Positions 10,442-21,519 of a DNA stretch of 64,000 nucleotides are shown here, one piece after another. This DNA is from Escherichia coli. Lineage in GTDB: Bacteria; Pseudomonadota; Gammaproteobacteria; Enterobacterales; Enterobacteriaceae. The stretch lies in assembly GCF_003018235.1 (NCBI RefSeq), contig NZ_CP027437.1. One strand, written 5' to 3'. The notes beneath the pieces were generated by a model. That model saw nothing but the letters and a program-made list of their open reading frames with translations, ran no database searches and was not told where the DNA came from. The position numbers and the translations under genes are program-made. Numbering within the stretch: position 1 is the stretch's first letter; each line of letters starts with the position of its first letter.

Positions 10442-11464
10442 TCAGAAAGTAATTACACCCTTAATCAACTCACGATTGTTAATCACATCACGCTCGTAGG
10501 TTTCTGCCAGCGTGGCGAACGGGTAGCGATGGGTTAACATCATGTCGGCAGTGATTTTCCCTTCCGCCATCAGTCGACCGACTTTAGCGAAATCTTCCGG
10601 CGTGGCGTTGCGGCTACCCATCATCGTCGTTTCTTTTTTATGGAATTCTGGATCGGAGAACTGCAACTCACCTTTAAACAGACCGACAAATACCACCGTG
10701 CCGCCGTGACGAATCAGATTCACGGTGTTATTCATCGCATGTTGATTACCTGTCGCGTCGATCACTTTCTGCGCCAGAGAACCACCAAACTGCGCCCGCA
10801 GCTGCGCGTCAAAATCTTCGGCTGATGGGTCCAGCACGGGCAACTCCAGACGCGTTGCCACATGTTCACGGCGCGCCGGACTGGTATCCGCCACCACCAC
10901 CTGTGCGCCATCGGCTTTAGCGATTGCCGCCGCGCCCAGACCGATTGGCCCCGCCCCGACCACCAGCACCTGCTCGCCGGGAGCAATGGCTGCGCGACGT
11001 ACCGCATGAGCGCTAATAGCGAAAGGTTCAATCAATGCTGCCGCCTGCGGGTCAATACCATCTGCGGGCAAAATGTTCGCCACCGGCACGCTCAAATACT
11101 CACTAAAACCGCCATCCTGATGCACGCCAATGACTGAAATTTTTTCACAGCAATTGGTACGCCCGCTTTTACACGCCGGGCATTGCTGACAGGCAACATA
11201 AGGGATCACCGCTACTTGCTGTCCATTTTTAAGATTTGCAATATTTTTACCCAGCCCAACAATCTCCCCACATATTTCATGGCCTAAAACCCGTGGATAA
11301 CTAAAAAATGGTTGATTTCCACCCCAGGCATGAATATCGGTACCGCAAATCCCGACAGACTTAATTTTTATTAATGCTTCATTGTCACCCGGAATAGGTA
11401 TCTCGCGTTGTTTCCAGACTAATTCTTTCGGCTGCTGGCAAATTAAAACATTCATCGTAGACAT
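10442..11464 (-). CDS. lgoD: L-galactonate 5-dehydrogenase (Zn-dependent MDR family)
   Basis: ORF 10442..11479, start at MSTMNVLICQQ; GICGTDIH and GHEICG Zn-ADH motifs; NAD fold GAGPIGLG. Confidence 0.85.
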   Translation of the reverse strand: MSTMNVLICQQPKELVWKQREIPIPGDNEALIKIKSVGICGTDIHAWGGNQPFFSYPRVLGHEICGEIVGLGKNIANLKNGQQVAVIPYVACQQCPACKSGRTNCCEKISVIGVHQDGGFSEYLSVPVANILPADGIDPQAAALIEPFAISAHAVRRAAIAPGEQVLVVGAGPIGLGAAAIAKADGAQVVVADTSPARREHVATRLELPVLDPSAEDFDAQLRAQFGGSLAQKVIDATGNQHAMNNTVNLIRHGGTVVFVGLFKGELQFSDPEFHKKETTMMGSRNATPEDFAKVGRLMAEGKITADMMLTHRYPFATLAETYERDVINNRELIKGVITF

Positions 11465-11602
11465 GATTCGGCTCTCCATTTTTTGTTGCCTTAGATATCA
11501 ATGAAAATGAAAAATGGCAGCGGAACGGAAAATCTGTTTTGTGAAAACACACGCATAAAAATGTTTTAAATCGGGTTTTAATGGACTCACAAGGAGGAAA
11601 AT

Positions 11603-12517
11603 ATGAGTCGTTCACAAAATTTACGCCACAATGTGATTAACCAGGTCATTGATGATATGGCGCGGGGTCATATCCCTTCCCCACTTCCATCGCAAAGTGC
11701 GCTGGCGGAAATGTACAACATCAGCCGCACTACAGTGCGTCATATTCTCAGCCACTTACGCGAATGCGGCGTCTTAACGCAGGTTGGAAACGACTATGTG
11801 ATTGCGCGTAAACCTGACCATGATGACGGTTTCGCCTGTACTACCGCTTCAATGAGTGAACAAAACAAAGTGTTTGAGCAGGCTTTTTTCACGATGATAA
11901 ACCAGCGCCAGTTACGCCCTGGGGAAACTTTTTCTGAACTGCAACTGGCTCGGGCCGCGGGTGTCAGCCCGGTTGTAGTAAGAGAATATCTTTTAAAATT
12001 CGGCCGTTATAATCTTATTCAAAGCGAAAAGCGCGGCCAGTGGAGCATGAAGCAATTCGATCAATCCTACGCCGAGCAGCTGTTTGAACTACGCGAAATG
12101 CTCGAAACACATTCACTTCAGCACTTTCTCAACCTGCCTGATCATGATCCCCGCTGGCTGCAGGCGAAAACCATGCTCGAACGTCATCGGCTACTGCGTG
12201 ACAACATCGGCAATAGCTTTCGCATGTTCTCGCAACTTGACAGAGATTTTCACTCCTTACTGCTTTCAGCTGCCGACAATATCTTTTTTGATCAATCTCT
12301 TGAGATCATCTCAGTCATCTTTCATTTTCACTATCAATGGGACGAAAGCGATCTTAAACAGCGCAATATCATTACCGTCGATGAGCATATGACCATTCTC
12401 AGCGCTCTGATTTGCCGCAGTGACCTTGATGCCACCCTTGCGCTCCGTAACCATTTGAATTCAGCTAAACAATCAATGATTCGATCCATTAATGAGAACA
12501 CGCGTTATGCTCATTAA
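11603..12517 (+). CDS. lgoR: GntR-family transcriptional regulator of L-galactonate utilisation
   Basis: 304-aa ORF with N-terminal wHTH (SQSALAEMYNISRTTVRHIL). Confidence 0.85.
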   Translation: MSRSQNLRHNVINQVIDDMARGHIPSPLPSQSALAEMYNISRTTVRHILSHLRECGVLTQVGNDYVIARKPDHDDGFACTTASMSEQNKVFEQAFFTMINQRQLRPGETFSELQLARAAGVSPVVVREYLLKFGRYNLIQSEKRGQWSMKQFDQSYAEQLFELREMLETHSLQHFLNLPDHDPRWLQAKTMLERHRLLRDNIGNSFRMFSQLDRDFHSLLLSAADNIFFDQSLEIISVIFHFHYQWDESDLKQRNIITVDEHMTILSALICRSDLDATLALRNHLNSAKQSMIRSINENTRYAH

Positions 12518-12731
12518 GTACGGATTAAAAACAGCAAACTATTAGCGGGGGCACGGTTTTATCAAAAGATAAATACCGGGAAATTCCCGCTTACCTATGC
12601 TCACAATCAGTCGACTAAAAATGTTTTTGTGAGCGGTAGTAAAGTCCTAAAACTTTAACCTGCCGTTAATGTCAACCTTGCGTAATGCACAATTACGTAA
12701 ACAATTAAAATTATAAATACAGGAGTCCGGC

Positions 12732-14093
12732 GTGGAAAAAGAAAATATCACCCTCGATCCGCGTTCTTCATTTACTCCATCTTCGTCGGCAGATATTCCC
12801 GTGCCACCAGATGGATTAGTTCAACGCAGTACCCGAATTAAACGCATTCAAACCACCGCCATGTTGTTATTATTTTTTGCGGCGGTAATCAATTATCTCG
12901 ACCGCAGTTCGCTGTCGGTAGCAAATTTAACGATTCGTGAAGAATTGGGATTAAGTGCCACCGAAATCGGCGCTTTGCTCTCCGTGTTTTCACTCGCTTA
13001 CGGGATTGCGCAACTTCCTTGCGGCCCACTATTGGATCGTAAAGGCCCACGCCTGATGCTGGGACTGGGGATGTTCTTCTGGTCACTGTTCCAGGCCATG
13101 TCTGGCATGGTGCACAGCTTTACGCAGTTCGTGTTGGTGCGTATCGGTATGGGGATTGGTGAAGCGCCGATGAACCCATGTGGCGTAAAAGTCATTAACG
13201 ACTGGTTCAACATCAAAGAGCGCGGACGCCCGATGGGCTTCTTCAACGCAGCTTCTACCATTGGCGTTGCCGTAAGCCCACCGATTCTGGCGGCGATGAT
13301 GCTGGTGATGGGCTGGCGTGGGATGTTTATTACCATTGGTGTGCTGGGGATTTTTCTCGCCATTGGCTGGTATATGCTCTATCGCAACCGCGAGCACGTA
13401 GAACTGACTGCCGTTGAACAAGCTTATCTCAATGCAGGTAGCGTCAATGCCCGCCGAGATCCGCTCAGTTTTGCCGAATGGCGCAGCCTGTTCCGTAACC
13501 GCACAATGTGGGGAATGATGCTCGGATTCAGTGGCATCAACTACACTGCGTGGCTGTATCTGGCCTGGCTTCCTGGTTACCTGCAAACAGCCTATAACCT
13601 GGATTTAAAAAGCACAGGGTTGATGGCGGCTATCCCTTTCCTGTTTGGGGCTGCCGGGATGCTGGTCAACGGTTACGTTACTGACTGGCTGGTCAAAGGG
13701 GGAATGGCTCCGATTAAAAGCCGTAAGATCTGCATTATTGCCGGGATGTTCTGTTCTGCCGCCTTTACGCTGGTCGTACCGCAAGCGACAACATCCATGA
13801 CGGCGGTTCTGCTGATTGGCATGGCACTGTTCTGTATTCACTTTGCCGGAACATCCTGCTGGGGCTTGATCCACGTCGCAGTTGCTTCTCGCATGACGGC
13901 GTCGGTGGGCAGTATCCAGAACTTTGCCAGCTTCATCTGCGCCTCTTTTGCGCCGATCATTACTGGTTTTATTGTTGATACCACCCACTCATTCCGTCTG
14001 GCACTAATCATCTGCGGTTGCGTCACCGCAGCGGGAGCACTGGCGTACATCTTCCTGGTTCGTCAGCCGATCAACGACCCGCGTAAAGATTAA
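12732..14093 (+). CDS. lgoT: MFS L-galactonate:H+ symporter
   Basis: 453-aa ORF, 12 predicted TM segments, MFS signature region GPLLDRKGPR. Confidence 0.85.
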   Translation: MEKENITLDPRSSFTPSSSADIPVPPDGLVQRSTRIKRIQTTAMLLLFFAAVINYLDRSSLSVANLTIREELGLSATEIGALLSVFSLAYGIAQLPCGPLLDRKGPRLMLGLGMFFWSLFQAMSGMVHSFTQFVLVRIGMGIGEAPMNPCGVKVINDWFNIKERGRPMGFFNAASTIGVAVSPPILAAMMLVMGWRGMFITIGVLGIFLAIGWYMLYRNREHVELTAVEQAYLNAGSVNARRDPLSFAEWRSLFRNRTMWGMMLGFSGINYTAWLYLAWLPGYLQTAYNLDLKSTGLMAAIPFLFGAAGMLVNGYVTDWLVKGGMAPIKSRKICIIAGMFCSAAFTLVVPQATTSMTAVLLIGMALFCIHFAGTSCWGLIHVAVASRMTASVGSIQNFASFICASFAPIITGFIVDTTHSFRLALIICGCVTAAGALAYIFLVRQPINDPRKD

Positions 14094-14102
14094 ACTCCCT
14101 AT

Positions 14103-14136
14103 GCCCGATAACATTTTGCTTATCGGGCATTTTTAT
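14103..14136. terminator. Bidirectional rho-independent terminator between convergent lgoT and tsr
   Basis: gcccgataa-cattttgc-ttatcgggc stem-loop followed by atttttat. Confidence 0.7.
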
Positions 14137-14141
14137 GGCGA

Positions 14142-15806
14142 TTAAAACGTTTCCCAGTTCTCCCCGCTATCTGCCACTGCCATTTTACGCGGCGTAGCTG
14201 GCGTCACGTTTTTTACCACAGCCGATGTTTCACGCTGCTGTTGCTGCTGTTGCTGAATCCGGAACACTGCCACAGCTTCGGTCAGGCGACTGGCCTGCTC
14301 TTCCAGCGCGGCGGCGGCAGCGGCAGATTCTTCCACCAGCGCAGCGTTCTGTTGAGTTACCCGGTCCATCTCAGCAACCGCTAAGCCAACCTGATCGATA
14401 CCACGGCTCTGCTCATCAGAAGCAGAAGCAATTTCGCCCATAATGTCCGTCACGCGGGTCACAGCGCTGACAATCTCCGCCATTGTTTCCCCGGCGCTTT
14501 CGACCAGCGTAGAGCCAACATCCACTTTCCCCACCGAGTCTTCAATCAGGCTTTTAATTTCGCGAGCCGCCTGGGCGCTGCGCTGGGCCAGATTACGCAC
14601 TTCGCCCGCGACCACCGCAAAACCGCGCCCTTGCTCACCCGCACGCGCAGCCTCAACCGCCGCGTTCAAAGCCAGAATATTGGTCTGGAAGGCAATGCCG
14701 TCAATTACGCTGATAATATCGGCGATTTTCTGCGAACTGGTGGAGATATCGCGCATGGTCTGCACCACGTTATCCACCACTTTGCCGCCGCGTTGCGCCG
14801 TTTCGGAAGCACTTAACGCCAGGTGGCTGGCCTGACGCGCATTTTCGGCGTTCTGCTTCACCGTTGCGGTCAGTTGCTCCATGCTGGCTGCCGTCTCTTC
14901 CAGCGAAGCGGCCTGTTGCTCGGTGCGCGAAGAGAGATCGTTATTGCCGGTGGCGATTTCGCTGGCACCGCTATAGATGGCATTGGCCCCGTTGCGCACA
15001 TCACCGACGGTACGCATCAGCTCTCCCTGCATATGGCGCAAACTCTCTGCCAGTTGCCCCATCTCATTAGAGCCATCCACCTCAATCGGTTTCACCAGAT
15101 CGCCGCCTGCAATATGACGAATGCTGTCAATCAGGCGATTCATTGGCGCTACCAACGAGGCTTTAATACCGAACCAGACGGCGAAGATGACCGCCAGTAC
15201 GACGATCATCACGCCCACCAGGATCCACATCGCCTGGCTGTAGGAGGCATTATTATCGCTGACGGCGATATCATAGAGCCGATCGTTTTGCTCCATGTAA
15301 GCCACATACTGCTTCTCGAAACCGTCCTGATATCCCTGGGTCGGCTGATCAAAGAACTCGTTGATTTTGCCTGCACCTAACAGTTGGATCAGCTCCGCCA
15401 GCGCATTGTGATAAATATCGTAATTACGTTTGATCTCTGCCGCTGCGGCGGTGCTCTGACGCGGGTCACGCGGCAACGCTTCGTAATCCGCCCAGTTTTT
15501 TTCCGCCTGTTTCAGCGAAATACTGGCACTCTGCATCAGCTCAGCAACGGTTGAACCGCTACCAATATTATTCTGATCCATCATGTAGCGGATACCCGCG
15601 CGGTTGAGGGTGTTACGCGTCTGCAACAACGCGACCCAGCTGCCATTCAGCGTGGATTGCTGCTGGCGAATGGTTTGTAAAACAGTGAAATTTTCTTTGT
15701 CATTCTTTAAGGCATTAAAGAACAGACCGCCTGATGTCAGTTGTAAAAGGCCAAAAACGGCCAAAACCAGCAGTAAGCTGGTCACAATTTTGATACGTTT
15801 TAACAT
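14142..15806 (-). CDS. tsr: Methyl-accepting chemotaxis protein I (serine chemoreceptor)
   Basis: 554-aa ORF with two TM segments, HAMP, methylation helices ([17 protein letters not shown]) and C-terminal NWETF pentapeptide. Confidence 0.95.
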   Translation of the reverse strand: MLKRIKIVTSLLLVLAVFGLLQLTSGGLFFNALKNDKENFTVLQTIRQQQSTLNGSWVALLQTRNTLNRAGIRYMMDQNNIGSGSTVAELMQSASISLKQAEKNWADYEALPRDPRQSTAAAAEIKRNYDIYHNALAELIQLLGAGKINEFFDQPTQGYQDGFEKQYVAYMEQNDRLYDIAVSDNNASYSQAMWILVGVMIVVLAVIFAVWFGIKASLVAPMNRLIDSIRHIAGGDLVKPIEVDGSNEMGQLAESLRHMQGELMRTVGDVRNGANAIYSGASEIATGNNDLSSRTEQQAASLEETAASMEQLTATVKQNAENARQASHLALSASETAQRGGKVVDNVVQTMRDISTSSQKIADIISVIDGIAFQTNILALNAAVEAARAGEQGRGFAVVAGEVRNLAQRSAQAAREIKSLIEDSVGKVDVGSTLVESAGETMAEIVSAVTRVTDIMGEIASASDEQSRGIDQVGLAVAEMDRVTQQNAALVEESAAAAAALEEQASRLTEAVAVFRIQQQQQQQRETSAVVKNVTPATPRKMAVADSGENWETF

Positions 15807-15924
15807 GTTTTCTCTTTCCTGTGGACCGATGCAAGATTTTCGGCCTGGAAAGGAAAAACTTTATGAAAAGGTGTAACCCGCCATCCATGGAAAAACCAGG
15901 CGCTGGTTATCAGATATTAAAAAG

Positions 15925-16371
15925 TTATTCATTATCGCCCGGGATGTCTTCTTGTCGGGAATTACCCAGAGCAATAAATTCCTCTAACAGATGGGTTAAC
16001 TGTTGCATTTTCTCGGCAGTAAACTGAGCTTCAATCTGCCGATAGGCCTCTTCAATCTGTGTCTGAGCGCGGTTATACAGCGCCTGCCCCTCTTTGGTCA
16101 GCGAGATATAGAGCTTCCGCTGATCATTGATCGGCTTTAATCGCAACACTAAACCGTCGCGTTCCATCCGCGTAAGGATCCCGGTCAGGCTTGGGCGCAA
16201 AATGCAGGCGCGATACGCCAGATCGTGAAAATCCATTGATGGGCTTTCCGCCAGAATACGCACGATGCGCCACTGTTGCTCAGTCAAATTATGCCGTTTA
16301 ACGATTGGGCGAAAATAACTCATCGCCGCTTCTCGCGCCTGGAGCAACGCAATGGTTAGAGAGTCGTGCAT
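15925..16371 (-). CDS. hpaR: MarR-family repressor of homoprotocatechuate degradation
   Basis: ORF 15925..16452, start at MHDSLTIALLQ; MarR wHTH; divergent from hpaG. Confidence 0.8.
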   Translation of the reverse strand: MHDSLTIALLQAREAAMSYFRPIVKRHNLTEQQWRIVRILAESPSMDFHDLAYRACILRPSLTGILTRMERDGLVLRLKPINDQRKLYISLTKEGQALYNRAQTQIEEAYRQIEAQFTAEKMQQLTHLLEEFIALGNSRQEDIPGDNE

Positions 16372-16642
16372 TATCTTTCCCCTGAAAAATTCAAAATCAT
16401 TAATATAGAAACAGTTAATCATCACGTTACCGGGACTGCGCTGCCCCTGCAATTCTTCATTTTATCAAAATTGAGCATGTTTTGTTAACTTGCTGATATT
16501 TAATATTTTATTATCTTTAAATGTAAATGGTTTGTTAATTAGATCACATTTACATCACTTACTTTTGCCAAACTACGCAATCGGGAATAAAAGTAATCAT
16601 TAACATATTAATGATTAAGATGATCGAATCCGAGGAGTGGTA

Positions 16643-17932
16643 ATGAAAGGCACTATCTTCGCCGTAGCGTTGAACCATCGCAGCCAGCTTGATGCATGGC
16701 AGGAAGCGTTCCAGCAATCCCCCTACAAAACCCCGCCTAAAACTGCGGTCTGGTTTATTAAACCACGCAATACGGTGATTGGTTGCGGTGAACGGATTCC
16801 CTTTCCACAGGGTGAAAAGGTACTGAGCGGTGCGACTGTTGCGTTGATGGTGGGGAAAACGGCGACGAAAGTACGTGAAGAAGATGCGGCAGAGTACATC
16901 GCCGGATATGCGCTGGCTAACGACGTCAGCCTGCCGGAAGAGAGCTTTTACCGCCCGGCAATCAAAGCAAAATGTCGTGATGGATTCTGCCCCATTGGCG
17001 AAACCGTGGCTCTCAGCAATGTCGATAATCTGACTATCTATACCGAGATCAACGGGCGTCCTGCCGATCACTGGAATACCGCCGATTTACAACGTAACGC
17101 CGCACAGTTGCTGAGCGCCCTGAGCGAATTTGCCACGCTGAATCCAGGCGATGCCATTCTGCTCGGCACGCCACAGGCGCGCGTGGAAATACAGCCAGGC
17201 GATCGCGTGCGTGTTCTCGCAGAAGGTTTCCCGCCACTGGAAAATCCGGTAGTGGACGAACGTGAAGTGACCACGCGCAAGAGCTTCCCAACGCAGCCAC
17301 ACCCGCACGGCACGCTGTTTGCCCTCGGCCTGAACTACGCCGACCACGCCAGCGAACTGGAATTTAAGCCACCGGAAGAACCGCTGGTGTTCCTGAAAGC
17401 GCCGAATACCCTCACTGGCGATAACCAGACCTCCGTGCGCCCGAACAATATTGAATACATGCACTACGAAGCGGAGCTGGTGGTAGTTATTGGCAAGCAG
17501 GCGCGTAACGTCAGCGAAGCCGATGCCATGGATTATGTCGCGGGCTACACCGTGTGTAACGACTACGCCATTCGCGACTATCTGGAAAACTACTACCGCC
17601 CTAACCTGCGGGTAAAAAGCCGCGACGGACTGACGCCGATGCTTTCAACCATCGTGCCGAAAGAGGCGATCCCGGACCCGCATAATCTGACCCTTCGCAC
17701 CTTCGTCAACGGCGAGTTACGCCAGCAAGGCACCACCGCCGATCTGATCTTCAGCGTGCCCTTCCTGATCGCCTACTTAAGCGAATTTATGACCCTGAAT
17801 CCGGGCGACATGATCGCCACCGGCACACCAAAAGGCTTATCTGACGTGGTGCCTGGCGATGAAGTAGTGGTGGAAGTAGAAGGCGTGGGCCGCCTGGTGA
17901 ACCGAATTGTGAGTGAGGAAACAGCGAAATGA
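16643..17932 (+). CDS. hpaG: Bifunctional 5-oxopent-3-ene-1,2,5-tricarboxylate decarboxylase / 2-hydroxyhepta-2,4-diene-1,7-dioate isomerase (two FAH-like domains)
   Basis: 429-aa ORF after GAGGAG RBS; duplicated fumarylacetoacetate-hydrolase-like halves. Confidence 0.9.
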   Translation: MKGTIFAVALNHRSQLDAWQEAFQQSPYKTPPKTAVWFIKPRNTVIGCGERIPFPQGEKVLSGATVALMVGKTATKVREEDAAEYIAGYALANDVSLPEESFYRPAIKAKCRDGFCPIGETVALSNVDNLTIYTEINGRPADHWNTADLQRNAAQLLSALSEFATLNPGDAILLGTPQARVEIQPGDRVRVLAEGFPPLENPVVDEREVTTRKSFPTQPHPHGTLFALGLNYADHASELEFKPPEEPLVFLKAPNTLTGDNQTSVRPNNIEYMHYEAELVVVIGKQARNVSEADAMDYVAGYTVCNDYAIRDYLENYYRPNLRVKSRDGLTPMLSTIVPKEAIPDPHNLTLRTFVNGELRQQGTTADLIFSVPFLIAYLSEFMTLNPGDMIATGTPKGLSDVVPGDEVVVEVEGVGRLVNRIVSEETAK

Positions 17933-19395
17933 AAAAAGTAAATCATTGGATCAACGGCAAAAATGTTGCAGGTAACGACTACTTCCAGACCACCAATCCG
18001 GCAACGGGTGAAGTGCTGGCAGATGTGGCCTCCGGCGGTGAAGCGGAGATCAATCAGGCGGTAGCGGCAGCGAAAGAGGCGTTCCCGAAATGGGCCAATC
18101 TGCCGATGAAAGAGCGTGCGCGCCTGATGCGCCGTCTGGGCGATCTGATCGACCAGAACGTGCCTGAGATCGCCGCGATGGAAACCGCGGACACGGGCCT
18201 GCCGATCCATCAGACCAAAAATGTATTGATCCCACGCGCTTCTCACAACTTTGAATTTTTCGCGGAAGTCTGCCAGCAGATGAACGGCAAGACCTATCCG
18301 GTTGACGACAAGATGCTCAACTACACGCTGGTGCAACCGGTAGGCGTTTGTGCGCTGGTATCGCCGTGGAACGTGCCGTTTATGACCGCCACATGGAAGG
18401 TCGCGCCGTGTCTGGCGCTGGGCAATACCGCGGTGTTGAAAATGTCGGAACTCTCCCCGCTGACCGCTGACCGCCTGGGTGAGCTGGCGCTGGAAGCCGG
18501 TATTCCGGCGGGCGTGCTGAACGTGGTACAGGGCTACGGCGCAACCGCAGGCGATGCGCTGGTTCGTCATCATGACGTACGTGCCGTGTCGTTCACCGGC
18601 GGTACGGCCACCGGGCGCAACATCATGAAAAACGCCGGGCTGAAAAAATACTCCATGGAACTGGGCGGTAAATCGCCGGTGCTGATTTTTGAAGATGCCG
18701 ATATTGAACGCGCGCTGGACGCTGCCCTGTTCACCATCTTCTCGATCAACGGCGAGCGCTGCACCGCCGGTTCGCGCATCTTTATTCAGCAAAGCATCTA
18801 CCCGGAATTCGTTAAACGCTTTGCCGAACGCGCCAACCGTCTGCGCGTGGGCGATCCGAACGATCCGAATACCCAGGTTGGGGCGCTTATCAGCCAGCAA
18901 CACTGGGAAAAAGTCTCCGGCTATATTCGTCTCGGCATTGAAGAAGGCGCAACCCTGCTGGCGGGCGGTCCGGATAAACCGTCCGACCTGCCTGCGCACC
19001 TGAAAGGCGGCAACTTCCTGCGCCCAACGGTGCTGGCTGACGTTGATAACCGTATGCGCGTCGCCCAGGAAGAGATTTTCGGGCCGGTCGCCTGTCTGCT
19101 GCCGTTTAAAGACGAAGCTGAAGGTCTGCGCCTGGCAAATGACGTGGAGTATGGCCTCGCGTCGTACATCTGGACGCAGGATGTCAGCAAAGTGTTACGC
19201 CTGGCGCGTGGCATTGAAGCAGGCATGGTGTTCGTCAACACCCAGAACGTGCGCGACCTGCGCCAGCCGTTTGGCGGCGTAAAAGCCTCCGGCACCGGGC
19301 GTGAAGGCGGTGAGTACAGCTTCGAAGTGTTCGCGGAAATGAAGAACGTCTGCATTTCCATGGGCGAGCATCCAATTCCGAAATGGGGAGTCTGA
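17929..19395 (+). CDS. hpaE: 5-carboxymethyl-2-hydroxymuconate semialdehyde dehydrogenase (aldehyde dehydrogenase family)
   Basis: 488-aa ORF with ALDH motifs (catalytic Cys in GERCTAG, FTGGTATG); overlaps hpaG stop. Confidence 0.9.
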   Translation: MKKVNHWINGKNVAGNDYFQTTNPATGEVLADVASGGEAEINQAVAAAKEAFPKWANLPMKERARLMRRLGDLIDQNVPEIAAMETADTGLPIHQTKNVLIPRASHNFEFFAEVCQQMNGKTYPVDDKMLNYTLVQPVGVCALVSPWNVPFMTATWKVAPCLALGNTAVLKMSELSPLTADRLGELALEAGIPAGVLNVVQGYGATAGDALVRHHDVRAVSFTGGTATGRNIMKNAGLKKYSMELGGKSPVLIFEDADIERALDAALFTIFSINGERCTAGSRIFIQQSIYPEFVKRFAERANRLRVGDPNDPNTQVGALISQQHWEKVSGYIRLGIEEGATLLAGGPDKPSDLPAHLKGGNFLRPTVLADVDNRMRVAQEEIFGPVACLLPFKDEAEGLRLANDVEYGLASYIWTQDVSKVLRLARGIEAGMVFVNTQNVRDLRQPFGGVKASGTGREGGEYSFEVFAEMKNVCISMGEHPIPKWGV

Positions 19396-19396
19396 T

Positions 19397-20248
19397 ATGG
19401 GTAAGTTAGCGTTAGCCGCCAAAATCACGCACGTACCGTCGATGTATCTCTCTGAACTGCCAGGGAAAAACCACGGTTGCCGCCAGGGTGCGATCGACGG
19501 GCATAAAGAGATCAGCAAGCGTTGCCGGGAAATGGGCGTCGATACCATTATCGTTTTCGATACTCACTGGCTGGTCAACAGTGCTTATCACATCAACTGT
19601 GCAGACCATTTTGAAGGCGTCTACACCAGTAACGAGCTGCCGCATTTTATTCGTGACATGACCTACAACTACGAGGGCAACCCGGAGTTGGGGCAGCTTA
19701 TTGCCGATGAAGCGTTAAAACTCGGCGTGCGGGCAAAAGCGCACAATATTCCCAGCCTGAAACTGGAATACGGCACGCTGGTGCCAATGCGCTACATGAA
19801 TGAAGACAAGCACTTCAAAGTGGTCTCCATTTCGGCTTTCTGCACGGTTCACGATTTTGCCGACAGCCGCAAGCTTGGCGAAGCGATTTTGAAAGCAATC
19901 GAACAGTACGACGGCACCGTGGCGGTCCTTGCCAGCGGTTCGTTATCGCACCGCTTTATTGACGATCAGCGTGCAGAAGAAGGGATGAACAGCTACACCC
20001 GCGAGTTCGACCGCCAGATGGACGAGCGCGTGGTGAAGCTGTGGCGCGAAGGCCAGTTCAAAGAGTTCTGCAATATGCTGCCGGAGTACGCCGACTACTG
20101 CTACGGCGAAGGCAATATGCACGACACGGTGATGCTGCTGGGGATGCTCGGCTGGGATAAATACGACGGCAAGGTGGAGTTTATTACCGAGCTGTTCCCA
20201 AGCTCTGGCACCGGTCAGGTTAACGCTGTTTTCCCGCTTCCCGCGTAA
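19397..20248 (+). CDS. hpaD: 3,4-dihydroxyphenylacetate (homoprotocatechuate) 2,3-dioxygenase, extradiol class III (LigB-type)
   Basis: 283-aa ORF immediately after hpaE. Confidence 0.9.
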   Translation: MGKLALAAKITHVPSMYLSELPGKNHGCRQGAIDGHKEISKRCREMGVDTIIVFDTHWLVNSAYHINCADHFEGVYTSNELPHFIRDMTYNYEGNPELGQLIADEALKLGVRAKAHNIPSLKLEYGTLVPMRYMNEDKHFKVVSISAFCTVHDFADSRKLGEAILKAIEQYDGTVAVLASGSLSHRFIDDQRAEEGMNSYTREFDRQMDERVVKLWREGQFKEFCNMLPEYADYCYGEGNMHDTVMLLGMLGWDKYDGKVEFITELFPSSGTGQVNAVFPLPA

Positions 20249-20257
20249 GGAACCACC

Positions 20258-20638
20258 ATGCCGCACTTTATCGTGGAATGTACTGAAAATATTCGTCAAG
20301 AAGCCCGCTTACCTGAGCTGTTTGCCAGTGTTAACACCGCACTGGCGGCGACGGGGATTTTTCCGCTTGGGGGAATACGTAGCCGGGCGCACTGGATCGA
20401 TACCTGGCAAATGGCTGATGGCAAGCACGATTACGCCTTTGTGCATATGACGCTAAAAATCGGCAGCGGGCGCAGTCTGGAAAGCCGTCAGGAAGTGGGC
20501 GAAATGCTGTTTGATCTGATTAAAACGCACTTCGCCTCACTGATGGAGAGCCGTTACCTGGCGCTTTCATTTGAGATTGCAGAGCTGCACCCGACGTTGA
20601 ATTTCAAACAGAACAACGTACACGCGTTGTTTAAATAA
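20258..20638 (+). CDS. hpaF: 5-carboxymethyl-2-hydroxymuconate isomerase
   Basis: 126-aa ORF starting [12 protein letters not shown] (tautomerase-like N-terminal Pro). Confidence 0.9.
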   Translation: MPHFIVECTENIRQEARLPELFASVNTALAATGIFPLGGIRSRAHWIDTWQMADGKHDYAFVHMTLKIGSGRSLESRQEVGEMLFDLIKTHFASLMESRYLALSFEIAELHPTLNFKQNNVHALFK

Positions 20639-20655
20639 ATTTGCACCAGCTTCCA

Positions 20656-20686
20656 GGCCGGATGATAAGGCGCAGCCGCATCCGGC
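20656..20686. repeat. REP element between hpaF and hpaH
   Basis: gccggatgataaggcgcagccgcatccggc, canonical REP palindrome. Confidence 0.6.
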
Positions 20687-20705
20687 AATGCCACAGGATA
20701 TCGCT

Positions 20706-21509
20706 ATGTTCGATAAACACACCCACACCCTGATCGCCCAGCGTCTGGATCAGGCAGAAAAACAGCGCGAACAGATCCGCGCGATCTCGCTGGATTACCC
20801 GGAGATCACCATCGAAGACGCTTACGCGGTACAGCGTGAATGGGTTCGACTGAAAATCGCCGAAGGTCGCACGCTGAAAGGCCACAAAATCGGCCTGACC
20901 TCGAAAGCGATGCAGGCCAGCTCACAAATCAGCGAGCCGGATTACGGTGCCCTGCTGGATGACATGTTCTTCCACGATGGCAGCGATATCCCGACTGATC
21001 GCTTTATCGTGCCGCGCATTGAAGTGGAGCTGGCTTTCGTGCTGGCAAAACCGCTGCGTGGGCCAAACTGCACGCTGTTCGACGTCTACAACGCCACGGA
21101 CTATGTGATCCCGGCGCTGGAGCTGATCGACGCTCGCTGCCACAACATCGATCCGGAAACCCAGCGCCCGCGTAAAGTGTTCGACACCATTTCTGATAAC
21201 GCCGCCAATGCCGGGGTGATCCTCGGTGGTCGTCCCATTAAGCCCGATGAGTTGGATCTGCGTTGGATCTCCGCCCTGATGTATCGCAATGGCGTGATTG
21301 AAGAAACTGGCGTCGCCGCTGGCGTGCTGAATCACCCGGCAAACGGCGTAGCCTGGCTGGCGAACAAACTCGCACCGTATGACGTACAACTGGAAGCCGG
21401 GCAAATCATTCTCGGCGGTTCGTTCACCCGCCCGGTTCCGGCGCGTAAGGGCGACACCTTCCACGTCGATTACGGCAACATGGGCTCCATTAGCTGCCGC
21501 TTTGTTTAA
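20706..21509 (+). CDS. hpaH: 2-oxo-hept-4-ene-1,7-dioate hydratase
   Basis: ORF 20688..21509, start at [11 protein letters not shown] downstream of the REP; 267 aa. Confidence 0.85.
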   Translation: MFDKHTHTLIAQRLDQAEKQREQIRAISLDYPEITIEDAYAVQREWVRLKIAEGRTLKGHKIGLTSKAMQASSQISEPDYGALLDDMFFHDGSDIPTDRFIVPRIEVELAFVLAKPLRGPNCTLFDVYNATDYVIPALELIDARCHNIDPETQRPRKVFDTISDNAANAGVILGGRPIKPDELDLRWISALMYRNGVIEETGVAAGVLNHPANGVAWLANKLAPYDVQLEAGQIILGGSFTRPVPARKGDTFHVDYGNMGSISCRFV

Positions 21510-21519
21510 GGAGAGAACG

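Noticed and set aside
17773-18999. 408-aa ORF antisense to hpaE
   Set aside because: Antisense to a well-supported aldehyde dehydrogenase gene; Arg-rich composition typical of a spurious reverse frame.
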